Shown here in pieces: positions 17,963 to 30,742 of a stretch of 64,000 bases of DNA. Below the pieces are notes generated by a model, which ran no database searches, was not told the DNA's origin, and saw nothing but the letters and a program-made list of their open reading frames with translations. The DNA is from the human T2T-CHM13v2.0 reference genome, Homo sapiens, in NCBI RefSeq assembly GCF_009914755.1, contig NC_060932.1. One strand, 5' to 3'. The position numbers and the translations under genes were made by a program. Every line of letters begins with the position of its first letter. Position 1 is the stretch's first letter.

Positions 17963-18050
17963 ACAGGAGGATCACCTGAGTAGGGGAGTTCAAGACCAGC
18001 CCAAGCAACACAGCAAGATGACCATCTCAAAAAACAAAACAAAACAAAAA
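17963..18050 (+). mobile_element. Alu monomer (FLAM-like) fragment
   Basis: caggaggatcacctgag...ttcaagaccagcc...catctcaaaaaac. Confidence 0.75.
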
Positions 18051-18293
18051 CCCTGCAGGTATTTTTATCTAACTTTTACATATCCTTTGTTTTGGAATGC
18101 TCACTTGCTTAATTGACTAAATAGTTGGAAGTCAAATCTTCTCTAGCCATTGATGTGAACCAATGAAACTATATTCTCAAGGAGTATTTTGTTAGCTTGG
18201 TACCAGCTACCTGACAAATTTGAAAATACAGCTATATTTCTTTGATGAACTCTGTAACTGGCGTAGGGTTTTATTCAACATAAGATTTATTCA

Positions 18294-18680
<387 letters not shown>

Positions 18681-19109
18681 CTACAATTATCTTTATTTCT
18701 GTAGCATTGCCTATAAAAATTAGAACCCTAGTGAAAGAAGCCCATTTTTACAAGTTATACCTCTCACAAATGTATTTTAGATGTACAATTTCCTAGTAAC
18801 ATCTTGAGTTGCTTAGTAGTAAAAAAAAAAAAAAAAAATTAGTAGGGGAGACCAGAAAAAGAACAATTATAGGGAATTCTTTTAATTTGCCCTGAAATAA
18901 TTTTATTTTCCTTAACATTTCAACAGGAGTCATTAAGAGATTACGTCCTAATTTTAACGTTGCATGTGAATATCAAATATACACTCACTCTTTGTAGGTG
19001 CGCTCTAGATTACAGGGCATAATAAAACAAGCTATGTAGCCCATTAATAAGGTATTTAGGAGTGACAGCAACTCCTGCTACATAAAAGGATGACAAGGGA
19101 TGAAAACAT

Positions 19110-19145
19110 TATATATATATACATACACACACACATATATATATG
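19110..19145. repeat. (TA)n/(CA)n compound microsatellite
   Basis: tatatatatatacatacacacacacatatatatat. Confidence 0.85.
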
Positions 19146-19446
19146 ATTTGAGTTTTATTGGGAGCAAAGGTTGAAACAAAGTAGCACTGATGAGAAATTA
19201 GCTAGCAAAAGACCATCACAGAAAACGGAAATCAGATGGCTCAAAGTATAATTAATAATACCCAAAAGCTAGACTAGAGGTCTAGAAGAGATCATTCGTT
19301 AATAATTACTAACGAATTTTATTTATACCAGAGTTGTAATGACAAGCAGTGTGAAAATTAAACATATACATTTGTTATCTTGTGCATGTTTTTAAAAAGC
19401 AAAAGAAATCAAGTGTGCATCACACCAAAGCAGGTTTGTATCTTAC

Positions 19447-19613
19447 TTCCACTCCTCTGGTGGGTGAGCAAGCTCATACTTCTCCCTCACACTGGAGACG
19501 CCCATATCCACGTGAAGCCAGTGAACCTCCTCTGACCGCAGGTGACTGAGGCGGAATCCATAGCAGGCCACATGCTTTACTTTGTGACTGTCCACTATCT
19601 TCTGAATGATGCC
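19447..19613 (-). CDS. PTK2: PTK2 second coding exon (167 nt), FERM F1 lobe
   Basis: Translates to GIIQKIVDSHKVKHVACYGFRLSHLRSEEVHWLHVDMGVSSVREKYELAHPPEEW(K). Acceptor gttttag|GGC, donor TGGAA|gtaaga; phase 0 in, phase 2 out. The FAK frame is not in the ORF track. Confidence 0.98.
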
Positions 19614-19652
19614 CTAAAACATACCCCCCACAAGAATGACTGTTATAAACTG

Positions 19653-19710
19653 AAAAAAAAAAAAAAAAAAAAAAAAACCAAAACAAAACAAAAACAAAAC
19701 AAAAAAAAAA
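19653..19710. repeat. Poly-A (~25) plus (CAAAA)n tract; poly-U in the PTK2 pre-mRNA upstream of the second coding exon
   Basis: Directly visible. Confidence 0.9.
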
Positions 19711-22700
19711 CTATATGCTAAAAAGTAATGCAATGTTCATTTCTTTTAGTCAATTATCAGAAATCTTTGGTATGAGAATATCAAGTTAAATAAATTACTT
19801 AGGAATCTTTGTTTCTGAAATAGTATTTTCAAGAACAAGGAGAAGTTTTAGAAAAGAAAACATAAAGAGATTCTCTCCTTTCTTCATTAACAAGGCATGT
19901 AAACTTAAAAACACATTTCTGCAATTCCACTGTCATCACCCCCCAACCTGTCAAAGCACACCAGCTATCTTTCAGTTACTACTTTCTAAGGTCCAGACCC
20001 AAGGAGGGGTTATACTTTCAAAAACAGGGAGATCATACTGTTCAAGACCAGGCTGCAACATTCATAATCATTTTTTTAAAAAAACATACATTCAGGAACA
20101 CACAGTTAAGGCTACGTTTCTGGTGACACTGGAAATACATGAAAAGTTCTTTGAATTCGGGCCTAATCAGTTTATTATTACTTGCTCTTTAAAAATTATT
20201 ATGAAGCAATCTTAAATACTCCCAAATCTAATGCCTCTAACATGTGTTCCCTTGAGTTCAGAGAAGGTCACCTTTGAATGAGGTCATCAGGGAATGTTCC
20301 CTAGAGATGGTGAAATTTCTCCTGGAGCAATGGACAGGTTAAGTGTTAGAACTGACTCTTGCCCTGTACCTACCTAGGTATGAGGGCCATGAGAGAATAT
20401 GTTGTTAAGTGGGCAGCATGTATGGAAGACTCATTTGGGAACATGACAGAACCATTTGCTGTCCTTTACACGAGGGTATGCAAATTACAACCAACTGTGA
20501 CCTTCTCAATCTTTTAGGTGATAAGACAAGTTTTTTTTTAAATGATGCTGATATTAAAATGAAAAATGTCTATGAAAGAAAATAATCACTGCTTTTTAAA
20601 ATTAGCAATTAATTGAAGCTATAATACAACTTGTTAAGACATACAAAAAAGTTCCTGCACTCATCAAGTATTGCTTTATTACAGCACAATGCTGCTGATC
20701 ATGATAAAGGATATTATCCCCAGCCTTCTCCATAAGCAAAGATAAATCGTAACATGTACCATATACAAAAACTGTCCAAAACCCAGTATATGCACACTGA
20801 GGATGTGTGCTGCTGTGCTGTGCTCCCCATACTGGTACCTGGCATGTGGCAGACCTCCCAGGGCACTGAGTGAATGAAGTGGTAGAGTCAATCTCTCTTT
20901 CAGACAACTCAATCCCAGGTACAAAGTTGTTTACCAAGCACAGGAAGTGGCAGAGAGAGGGACAAAGGAAAGGAGTAAACATGGTATCAAGAGAGAAAGC
21001 ATCAACAGAGGACCAGGCTGGAAGAGTCAAAGACAGGTTCATAAAGATGATGAATTCTCATCAGGACAGGAAGGATGTTTGCAGCCTACAGACTCCTATG
21101 TGGAACTGACAGAGGCATAAAATGTCCTTCCTGGCTTTTTGATCCAAGCCCAGAATTCCTGACAGGGCCACTGTAAATGACAGTACCCTACCTACACAAG
21201 GATATCCAGCTGAGGGTGAAAAGAGTCCACGTTCTAGTCTTTAAACCTTGTGCTCTGGGGTGGGGAACTTGCCTAAAGGAAGGAGCACCTTTTAACAATT
21301 CTCTCAGAAGTGACTTCTGCAGCTTCTTGCCAACACACAAATCCATGAACTATAAAGGATGGAAGCTAGCACCTCTGTGAAATTCCCACAAAAGCTCCTG
21401 GTTCCCTGTCCAGCTCTGCCAGATCAACACCCAGTACGCACCAACACCAGTTATCCTTGGTAAACCACAGGTCAGTAAGTCTCCTTGCTCCACAGCTCAC
21501 TGCTACTACCAATTCAAGAGGCGGCTCTCTCTTGTTAGAGCTGCGATCAGTGTCTACAGTGGTCTCTAGCCATCTGCCTCAGGTCACTTGGTCTACTAAC
21601 CTTCCATAACCTGATGTTGAATATAAGGCAGTAAGGAACACAAATCATTTCTCATAATTGTCACCATTCACATCCTAAGAAAAAGCCCAGCTTCTCCAGT
21701 TGCCTTCTGTAGTGACCCCATGAAAAAGTCACTTCATCTCTGCTGAACTCACAGCACACATATAGGAGACCTGCAGCAAACCAGTCTCAAAGAGGCTTAG
21801 CCCAGAACTGTGGTATCTGTTAGGGAAAGGCAGGTTTCTGTCTTGGAGTTTCACGTAAGAGAGAGAATCTTATTCCATTCACTTGATCATGCTGCCTGAA
21901 GAGACTCAGAGTGACTTCAAAGTGTGGATCTGAGTGACACAGCCTTTGCATACAGTAGTACCTCATGAGCAAACCAGCTTTCAACTTTCACTCTCCATGA
22001 AACAGTGAAAAGCAATAAACACACAGATATTACCTTCTGTTTCATTTTTTGCTTTCTCATTACGCATCCATATCGTACTCTGTCCTACTGCTCATTCTCT
22101 AGCACCCTTATAAATTTCTCTGGATAGTGGCAAACATTATAAATATACAAAGTGCTTAAATATGTGGTGCTAAATGCATATACTCAGTAACTTAAGTAAT
22201 TTTGAGAACTAAATATCTGGTCTGGATAACTCAACAAATAATTCTGAGAACTACGTATTTAGTGAGGAATGTAAACTCAACCAACCCTACAGTGCTGCCA
22301 TATGGAAGTGCCCCATTTTCATATCACACACACATACATTTAGAATAAAAATGACTGTCTCTAAAAGGATAATAGGACATGGGTTTTTAATATGCCACTA
22401 AAGGTACCAGAATTAAATTTAAATTTCTCATCGTGACTTTGAAGACACATCTATCTGGTCCTATGAAATACAAAACAATAATTGGCTACTCTGAAACCTG
22501 TCTCTCATAACCCAAGTGTCAGAAATACACAACTTTTCTGATTAAATTCTCATAGTAGACATTCATGGTAAAAGAATTCTTTTCAAGGTTAAAATAAAAG
22601 CCAGTGTTCACATCATGCCTGTATCTTATCAGGAACATAACATTAAATGTGCAAGGTCATTTTACTACTGATGAATAAAGATTTCCTTGTTCTGAGGGAG

Positions 22701-23755
22701 AAAGGAAGGTGTAAATAAAAATACTGCTATGAACATCCTTCTAGCTGTCATCAAAGGTATTTATGACCACTGCATAGAAACAGACAAAATTTCCTTTAAC
22801 TGAAACATTTTGATAAGCACAACCAAACTTCCTGGCCATCAACAAAACTATACCAATTATACTTGATGCATAATGTTACAGAGTATCATTTATCTCACAT
22901 TAATGAATAAAATTAATCTTATGATGATCAATTTAATGACCAAAAAAACTTCCACAGGTATTTTACTGTTGTTATGATGGTTTAATTTCCCTGATTACTC
23001 ACTAGTGAGATGAGGCTATACTTTTGTTCATTTCTGAAAGTTTTTATTATTTTGCTTGGTTCCATTTAGCCACTTACCTTTTAGACAGTACTTTCAAACA
23101 AATGACCTTCACCACTGTTCGAAATAGGTCATGTGACTCTTTCCTCCATGTTCATTCTTTCATAAACTGTTCATTCATTTATTCATGAACATCTGAAGTG
23201 CCTACTACATGCATGATGCTAGTGACACAATAACGGTTAAGATGCAATTCTGACCCTCAGAAGTCTTAAAGAGTCTCACAGGAGAAAGACATGACAATGA
23301 ACATGTGCAAATGAGTATTAAGTGGTTTGTGGGGAGGAGGGGACAAAAAGGGATATTTTATATTTTTAGCTATAGTCTCACACTTAATTTTCAGATTTAT
23401 TACTAGAAGAGATATCTGAAGCAACACACATTGTTGACACTGTTTATCTCCTTACTGCTTCCTAAGAATTACCAAATATAATCATCATTACTGATTCTTC
23501 TATAGTATAGTGTTTCTTTTTCTCATTGTGTTTCTCTTTCAGATACTCTTCAGCTTTAGAAAACCAAGGGATTCCTACCATTCTTCTTGGAGGCTTTCAT
23601 CATTGGGTTATCAAAAAGAAAGATCCAGAAATTCAAATCCTGTTCTCCAACACCTAGTACGTTTCCTCCTCTTGGTCCAGTCATAAACTAGGAGTCCTTC
23701 TAAAAGTCTTCCAAGACAAAGAATGTACTTTTTTATCTTGGTGGTCCACAGTCAC

Positions 23756-24190
23756 TGTATTAGTTCCCTATTACCTCTGTAATAAATCACCACAAACTTG
23801 GGAGCTTAAAACACAACAAGTGCATTATCTTTTAGTTTTGTAGATCACAAGTATGAAATGGGTCTCACTGGCCTAAAATAAAGACGTCAGCAGGGATGTG
23901 CTGTTTTCTGGAGGCTCTTAGCTTGTCTTTTCCAGCTTCTACAGGGCACTGCACTCCTTGGCTCATGGTCGTCTTCTTCCCTCAACGTTGCATCTGATCC
24001 TTCTTTCATATTCACCTCCCACTGACCACGGTTAAGAAAAGGCCTGCTGCAGTGAAGGACTCATGATCTCCCCACCTTAAGGTCTGTAGCCTTCATCACG
24101 CCTACAAGTCCCTCTGGCCACGTAAGGGGACATCTGCACAGGTTCTGGGGATTAGGATGTAGGCATCTTTAGGAGCCAACATTCTACCTA
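23756..24190 (-). mobile_element. MLT1-type MaLR solo LTR
   Basis: tgtattagttccctatt...accacaaacttgggagcttaaaacacaaca...caggttctggggattaggatgtaggcatcttt. Confidence 0.8.
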
Positions 24191-25299
24191 TGGGAAATCA
24201 CTACCTCAATCACTATCTCTCAGGATTTTGAATTCAAAATTTTTTCTTCCTCGTGCTCTGTTAGCTTAGGTTCTCCTCTTTAACATGGCTTTTATGCTTT
24301 TTCTTAAAGCTTTCCTTTCTAGCTTTCTTCCTAGATGATACTTTCCATCCTGTAAAGGAAGAGTTTAATTTTCTAAGACCTCCATAGTCCTTTCTAGAAT
24401 CAAAACTATTTGAATCCGTAACAATCAATGTTCAATTGATTGTTATTAATAATCAATTGTTTTTAAATGTTTTTAAACATACATTCACCTGCTCCTCTGT
24501 CAGAGAGAACAGCTTACACTTCTAACACACACAAAGTGTCCAGTGATGACACCTAACAATAAACACTGAAGACCGTTGGACTGCTCTGAAAAGTCCTCCA
24601 GGCACCTACCTATGGCCAAACTCAGGGAAAACTCCCTGAAGAATTCCCTTCCCCTACAGATACCAGTTGTTTATAGCATAGTTTGTTCTTGCAGAATCCC
24701 AAATCACTGTACATTTTCCCATTCCTATCAGAAGGATGATTTTAAATTGAACACAACGTTACTTCCCATTACCAGTCTTCCCACTACCAGCTTGGTAACA
24801 GTAATTAGTATTAATCCAACCCAACACACCTATATTTTAACAAACTACATGAACTGATTTTTTTCCATTTACTATTACAGATTCAGATTTACCAACCATT
24901 CCCTACTGACTCATGACTAGTACTGAAACCTGAGGATATGCTATTTATTTAGAAAAGTTCAATGTACCAGTCAGAAAAATTTTAAGGGGTTTTGAATGGG
25001 ATAAGAATACTGTCCAAGTACTCAATGGTGGTGTAATCTTAAGCAGCATCATACAGTATTTGCCCAGTACTTGCCTGGTGTATGGGCATGAAATTATTTG
25101 TTCTAGTCCTTGTAATGTCTTTTTAAAAAATAAGCTAGGTACAGAGATATCAGTAAAGTGGGGTATGGCTTTGAATAGGTATAATCTTTGGCTATCAAAT
25201 CAATATCTTTGTGGTTATTTGTCAATTAAGGCTTTCTACTTCTGTGGTCAATGTTCCTAACATATTTCTCTCAGAAATATTCCATTTCACCTTGGATGC

Positions 25300-26500
25300 C
25301 ATATAGTCATTCAACAAAAGTACCTATACCTACTGAGCACTTGGCTGTTTGCCTGCTAGACACTGTTAAAGACATTGGCAATAATACCATGAAGTACAAA
25401 GATCCCTGATGTCACAGAACTTAAGAAGTTGGGGAAGAAAACAGCTAATAAATGAGCAAACAAATCAAGTACAAGACGATGTCAATAATAATGATCTGAA
25501 GAAAATAAAATAGTGACAGAAAAACAGCAATGGTGAGGCATAAGGGAGCATTCTTAGACTGGCATGCCCTGGCAGGCAGAGTTAGTAAGGGCAGGGTGAG
25601 AACAAGCAAGGAGCCACATCCCGTAGGTCCTTGTAGGCCACAAAAGGAATCTGGCTTTTAGTCTGGGAGAAATGGGGAGCTCTTGGGGGGATTTAAGCAA
25701 ATCACTGATTCGGTGATTAGTATGTTAGAGAAACAGGAAGCAGAAAGAAAAAGTGAGTGACTAGGACAGAGGTGACAGGGCATGATGGGACAGGATGGGG
25801 GAGATGGGTGAGACTCTCAAAGGACGTGCATGTTGACTAAATGAAACCGGGTTCTGAGTGGAGGAGTGAAGTGCTCTGGCTTTCATCTCTCCAGGATCAT
25901 TCTGGCTGCTGGGTTGTCAACAGACTAAGGAGAGCAAGTAGGGAAACAAGATGTCAGTTAGGATACCATGCCATAATGTATGGAAGAGACATTTTAAGGC
26001 AGCTACTGAAGAAGAGCTCAAAGAAAGGGGTAGCAGTGGAGGCAATATGAAATGGGTAGGTTCTGGATATATTTTTGAAGATAATGTGGACAGGATTAGC
26101 TAATGTATTCGATATGGCTTGAGAGCAAAAGAGGAATAAAAGACGATTGCAAATGGATCTGAGTAACTAAAAGATGAGGTAACCCTTTGACTGGAGCACT
26201 GGATGGTTATTTTGTAGCAAGAAGTGTAAAGACAGAGAAGTGAGGTACAAATGCTGGGGAAAGGGAAGATATAGAAATGTGTGGACTTTTCCAAGTACTG
26301 CAGGTTGAAGAAAGTGGACGAGGTATGAAATGGTTGTCTAGGAGAGAACAAGATGGGGGGATAGAGCATGACAGCTGGGTAGCACTAAGGTTGCAAATCT
26401 AGAATGTAACCAATCACAGGATGGCGACAGGTGGAGAATAGGCAGAAGGTTGGATTAAATCATGGTGGTAGATTCAAGAGACTACGGGGACATTAAGAGA
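25300..26500 (-). mobile_element. L2 fragments
   Basis: tcattcaaca...cctactgagcact (antisense L2 tail); gatcattctggctgctg and ggttctggatatatttttgaag. Confidence 0.65.
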
Positions 26501-27607
26501 AGTACAAGACAGCATACAAGGCAGCAAGTATGACAATGGACCACTGTCTCTTGCATCCTGCTACAGTATTTTCTTATGGGCTCAACTTTTTTCCACGCTG
26601 CATTATATCATCTAATTGTTTTTTCAAAGAGAGCCCATGCTATTAGCTTTCTATGTCACTACTTCTCTGCAGATACCTTCATTTCACATTATCTTGATTA
26701 ATAATTTATCTGATATAGACTTCTAAAGTACATGTTATTTTCCCTGAGCCCTTTGAAGATACTGTTCCAATGTCTTCTTGCATCCAGCATTGCTGATGAA
26801 AAGTCTGGTGTAAACGTCATTCTTTCTCCTAAGTAGGGAATTTCTCTGGTAGAATTTGGAATTTTATGTCATTATTTTTCTGAATTATCACTGCCATGTT
26901 TCTAGATGACTGGTCTTATTCAACATTGTACAGCCTGGGTTTCTCTTGGCTGTTCTAGATTGACCCCACACTTATCTCTAGAGCTGCCTGAAGCACGGTA
27001 CTGACACTTGGCCAAAGCTATGGCCAAGATAAGTGATGTTTGTGATCATGGGACCCTGAGCTGTTTGGGGGGCAGAATATACCAGCTTGTCAGTGCGATT
27101 TTGTAATAATAACTGGACTGACAAGGTGTACCTGATTTTGGCAGTACCTGGGGAGGTCCACAGGTTGAGGCTGGCTACGTAGATGGAGAGTGCTTGTGTG
27201 ACCCTCTCACAGATCCCCACCACTTCCTCATACTGAGGTGCTTCACACATAAGCCAGTAATGGTTTCACATCTACAGAAAAATCATGTCCAAGGCCAAGA
27301 AGCCTGTACCCAAGATCTCCAGATCACTTCAATGAGTATCATTTTACTACTGTTGCTGTAATGGATTTTGCCTATAAACTGTGAAATCTTGCAAATCTTT
27401 TCAACAATCAAACATTAATTAACATACAATTAGCACACATAATTGTAAAAGCACTAATACTTATTAACTGAAGCATGATAAAGGCTCTATAATGAAATGT
27501 TACAAAAATCCAGATATTCTTGGTGAAAACAAATCTTTAAACTCCTCAAAAAGTTTTGTTTTTTCTGAACCAAGCAGTCTTTCTGAGAATTTGCTTTCTA
27601 CAGAACA

Positions 27608-27912
27608 CCACTGTCCAGCAGAAATATAATGCAAGCCACATAAGTAATTTTAAAATTTCTAGTAGTCACAGTAAAAAAATAAAATAAAAACAAACAGGTA
27701 AATTCAATTTCAGTAATATAGTTCAGTTAACCTACTATATCAAAAGTATTATCATTTAACATGTAATCATAACACATTGATATATTTTATTCTGTTTTCT
27801 TACTCTTTGAAATGTGGTATATATTTTTATACTATAGCACATGTCAATTCAGACTAGCCACATTCAAGTGCTCAACAACTGCACATGGCTACGATAATGG
27901 GCAACGTAGCTA
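27608..27912. mobile_element. MER33/MER3-type hAT-Charlie element
   Basis: cactgtccagcagaaatataatgcaagccacat...agactagccacattcaagtgctcaa...cacatggcta. Confidence 0.75.
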
Positions 27913-28529
27913 TAATGAGTTTAAGACTGAATCGAGTTATTCAGTACCTGAATAACAATAAGCCGTATCATTTCAGAAAATAGTTGTGTGGCATCCCCTT
28001 TGATGCTATTCAATGGTCAGTTTCTTTCTGACAAGTAATTATACTTGGATTCTTTACTAATCTAATCCTTAAATCTAAATCCTACAATCCCCACTTCCTG
28101 TTCTAAGGTCATCAGGCCTTCAAATGCTGTCATGTTTCTTCCATTTTTCTCTTTCCTGACAATACTCTGTATCCATAATGTTCCTTTGTCTGATACCTCT
28201 TATGTTGTTCAGTCCCTTTGTTCAGATGTACAAATCCACTCATTAATTTACAATTATGATATTGCATTTTCAAATGTTATAGCATTAAAGCATTCAATGG
28301 AAGTTGGTTATGAATAATATCCAATCTTCCATTACAGTGACTCAGTATCATGAGAACCTCATGCTATCCCAGGAAAGGGCTATGGTGAATTCAATGCCAA
28401 CTGTGATTTTTCTGCCTCAATCTGAAAATCACTGACTGATAATTTGCCAATTACTGTGAAATAAAACACGTTGTTTGTGGCCACATAGATTTGATCAGAT
28501 TGATCTTCACAAGTTTGCTAAATGAGTTC

Positions 28530-29010
28530 TGATAACTTATACATTTGTATCTGATGTAAATTTTTCTTCACAATATGAATGTATGACTAGGAAGTTTTTA
28601 ACATTGGCTAAAGGCTAACATGCCTGCAGTGACACTGACTCTATGGTAGTAATCCCCTTACATGCAGAAAGTTTGATACTAAAACCATGGCACATCTGTT
28701 AAAATCTTTCCTAGGTGAGTCTTCTGATGTAAGTCTTGAACATTTTTGCTAAATGTCTTGTCAAATTCATAATCTTTGAAAGGTTTCCCTCCTGTATGAA
28801 TGCCCTAGAGTTCATTAGGGCTGATACAATGGTTTTATTGGAGAGTTTCCTCATTCACTGTATCTGAAATCTACAAAGACTAGAACATACACTAAAAGCC
28901 TTACATAAAGTTACATCTACAAGGTTTTTTTCCAGTATGAATTATCTGATAAACCTTATGGCAGGATGCTCATTGCAGGCCTTTCTACCAAATGACAGTG
29001 TTTTATAAAG
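28530..29010 (-). pseudogene. Highly decayed C2H2 (Kruppel-type) zinc-finger array relic
   Basis: Minus-strand translation with frameshifts shows repeated linker and finger motifs: YQIIHTGKKPCRC, KAFSVCSSLCRFQ, IHTGGKPFKDYEFDKTFSKNVQDLHQKTHLGK, AFSQC*KLPSH. Confidence 0.7.
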
Positions 29011-29145
29011 TTAAAAGTAAAACACAGAAGTAGAAAAAAAACAGAAAACGCAAAAAAGCTAACCAGCTTCATAAAGAGTTTGTAAAAAAAAAGAGGCTAT
29101 CATATTTTTAATAATTAATCCATTTGAATAGTTTGCTAATATTAA

Positions 29146-29547
<402 letters not shown>

Positions 29548-30518
29548 TAAAAATAATAAGGGCATGTAAGTTAGAGAGTAGCAAATTAATTAATTTACTT
29601 ATTGTAAAAAAAAAAAAGAAAGAAAAGAAAAGAAAAAAGACGTATCTAAACTTCCTTGTCACTGGAAACTTCTCCTTAAAGATGAATATAGACTAGGTGG
29701 AGAGGGTAAGAAAGAGGAGGTATTTAACACTTCATCAAAGCAAATACTGAACATTTAAATACTGAACTCAGCTTTCTGAAATCACAGTGCTACCTTTTCA
29801 TTCCCCACCTTCAGAAAGATGTAGTTACCTTTGCCTAGCATGCTCTTCTCCCACAATTCTGTATCACTATCTTTCCTCACCTTCCCAGACCCAAAGGAAA
29901 TCCTTTCCAGTACTAACTTCTACGTTTAAAAGGTATTATTCCTCCAAGCTTCCACAACAACCTCCCGTGAAGCACTTCTACACTGTACTATAATCACATT
30001 CATGATGTCTCTCCCTCTACAGGCTCTAAGCTGTAAGATCAAGGACTTCACAGGGACCTTTTACATCTTCAGAACCTAGCACAGTGCCTGACACACAGCA
30101 TATGTTCAAGAGTTTTAAAGGAAATTATCCTATCTGAAGTCATGCAAATACCTTCCAAATTACACTTTCTAGAAAAGTAGTTTATTTCATGACTGTTAGA
30201 GGCTATTTTAGTTGCATTGTTGCCTAGTACTCATCCAAGAGTTAAAAAAAAAAAAAACCTAGAAGGGAAAAATAAGTCAATGGTATTTTATGACTAAAAT
30301 ATGATTCAGTCATTATTTTTCTAAGAAACTTTACAACAATTAGAACGCTGGTCAGTCACATATTAACTAATAAATCTTATAATTAAAAATAGCATTTCTG
30401 TAATATGAAAAGTCCCCGATAAGTTAAATAAAAATTATTACACTATCTTTTTTCATACATGCCATTACATTTTAACCTAAATAAACATTAAAGATGTCTC
30501 ATGGAAAAACGTACTTAC

Positions 30519-30713
30519 CCTGACATCAGTAGCATCTCCATGCCTGATAATACTGGCCCAGGTGGTTGGCTCACTATTGCTTTCAAAATAATGAAAGACC
30601 TTTAATACTCGCTCCATTGCACCAGGAGAACGTTCCATACCAGTACCCAGGTGAGTCTTAGTACTCGAATTTGGTGTGTGATTCAAGTTGGGGTCAAGGT
30701 AAGCAGCTGCCAT
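30519..30713 (-). CDS. PTK2: PTK2 first canonical coding exon, codons 1-65 (whole exon 30519-30745, 227 nt including 32 nt 5' UTR)
   Basis: Translates to MAAAYLDPNLNHTPNSSTKTHLGTGMERSPGAMERVLKVFHYFESNSEPTTWASIIRHGDATDVR. Acceptor ttttgttcttttaacag|AATATG at 30745, donor AGG|gtaagt at 30519, strong Kozak context AAAATAATGG. Confidence 0.99.
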
Positions 30714-30727
30714 TATTTTGCTAGATG

Positions 30728-30742
30728 CTAAGTATCTGTCAT
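30728..30742 (-). promoter_or_regulatory. 4-codon uORF (MTDT*) in the 5' UTR part of the PTK2 ATG exon
   Basis: ATG ACA GAT ACT TAG, out of frame with the main ORF, with 14 nt between its stop and the main ATG. Confidence 0.6.

Noticed and set aside
19474-19686. 70-aa track ORF overlapping the second coding exon
   Set aside because: Wrong frame and starts in the poly-T tract; the FAK frame is defined by splicing.
20602-21109. Overlapping 79-146 aa ORFs
   Set aside because: No recognisable domain or splice structure; compatible with chance ORFs.
23071-23420. Consensus minus-strand donor AAG|gtaagt at 23078 as a cryptic exon end
   Set aside because: The nearest plausible acceptors are over 300 nt away across repeat-like sequence; isolated consensus donors are common in long introns.
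30477-30518. C-terminal VSTFFHETSLMFI of the 78-aa track ORF
   Set aside because: Read-through past a consensus donor (AGG|gtaagt) into intron.
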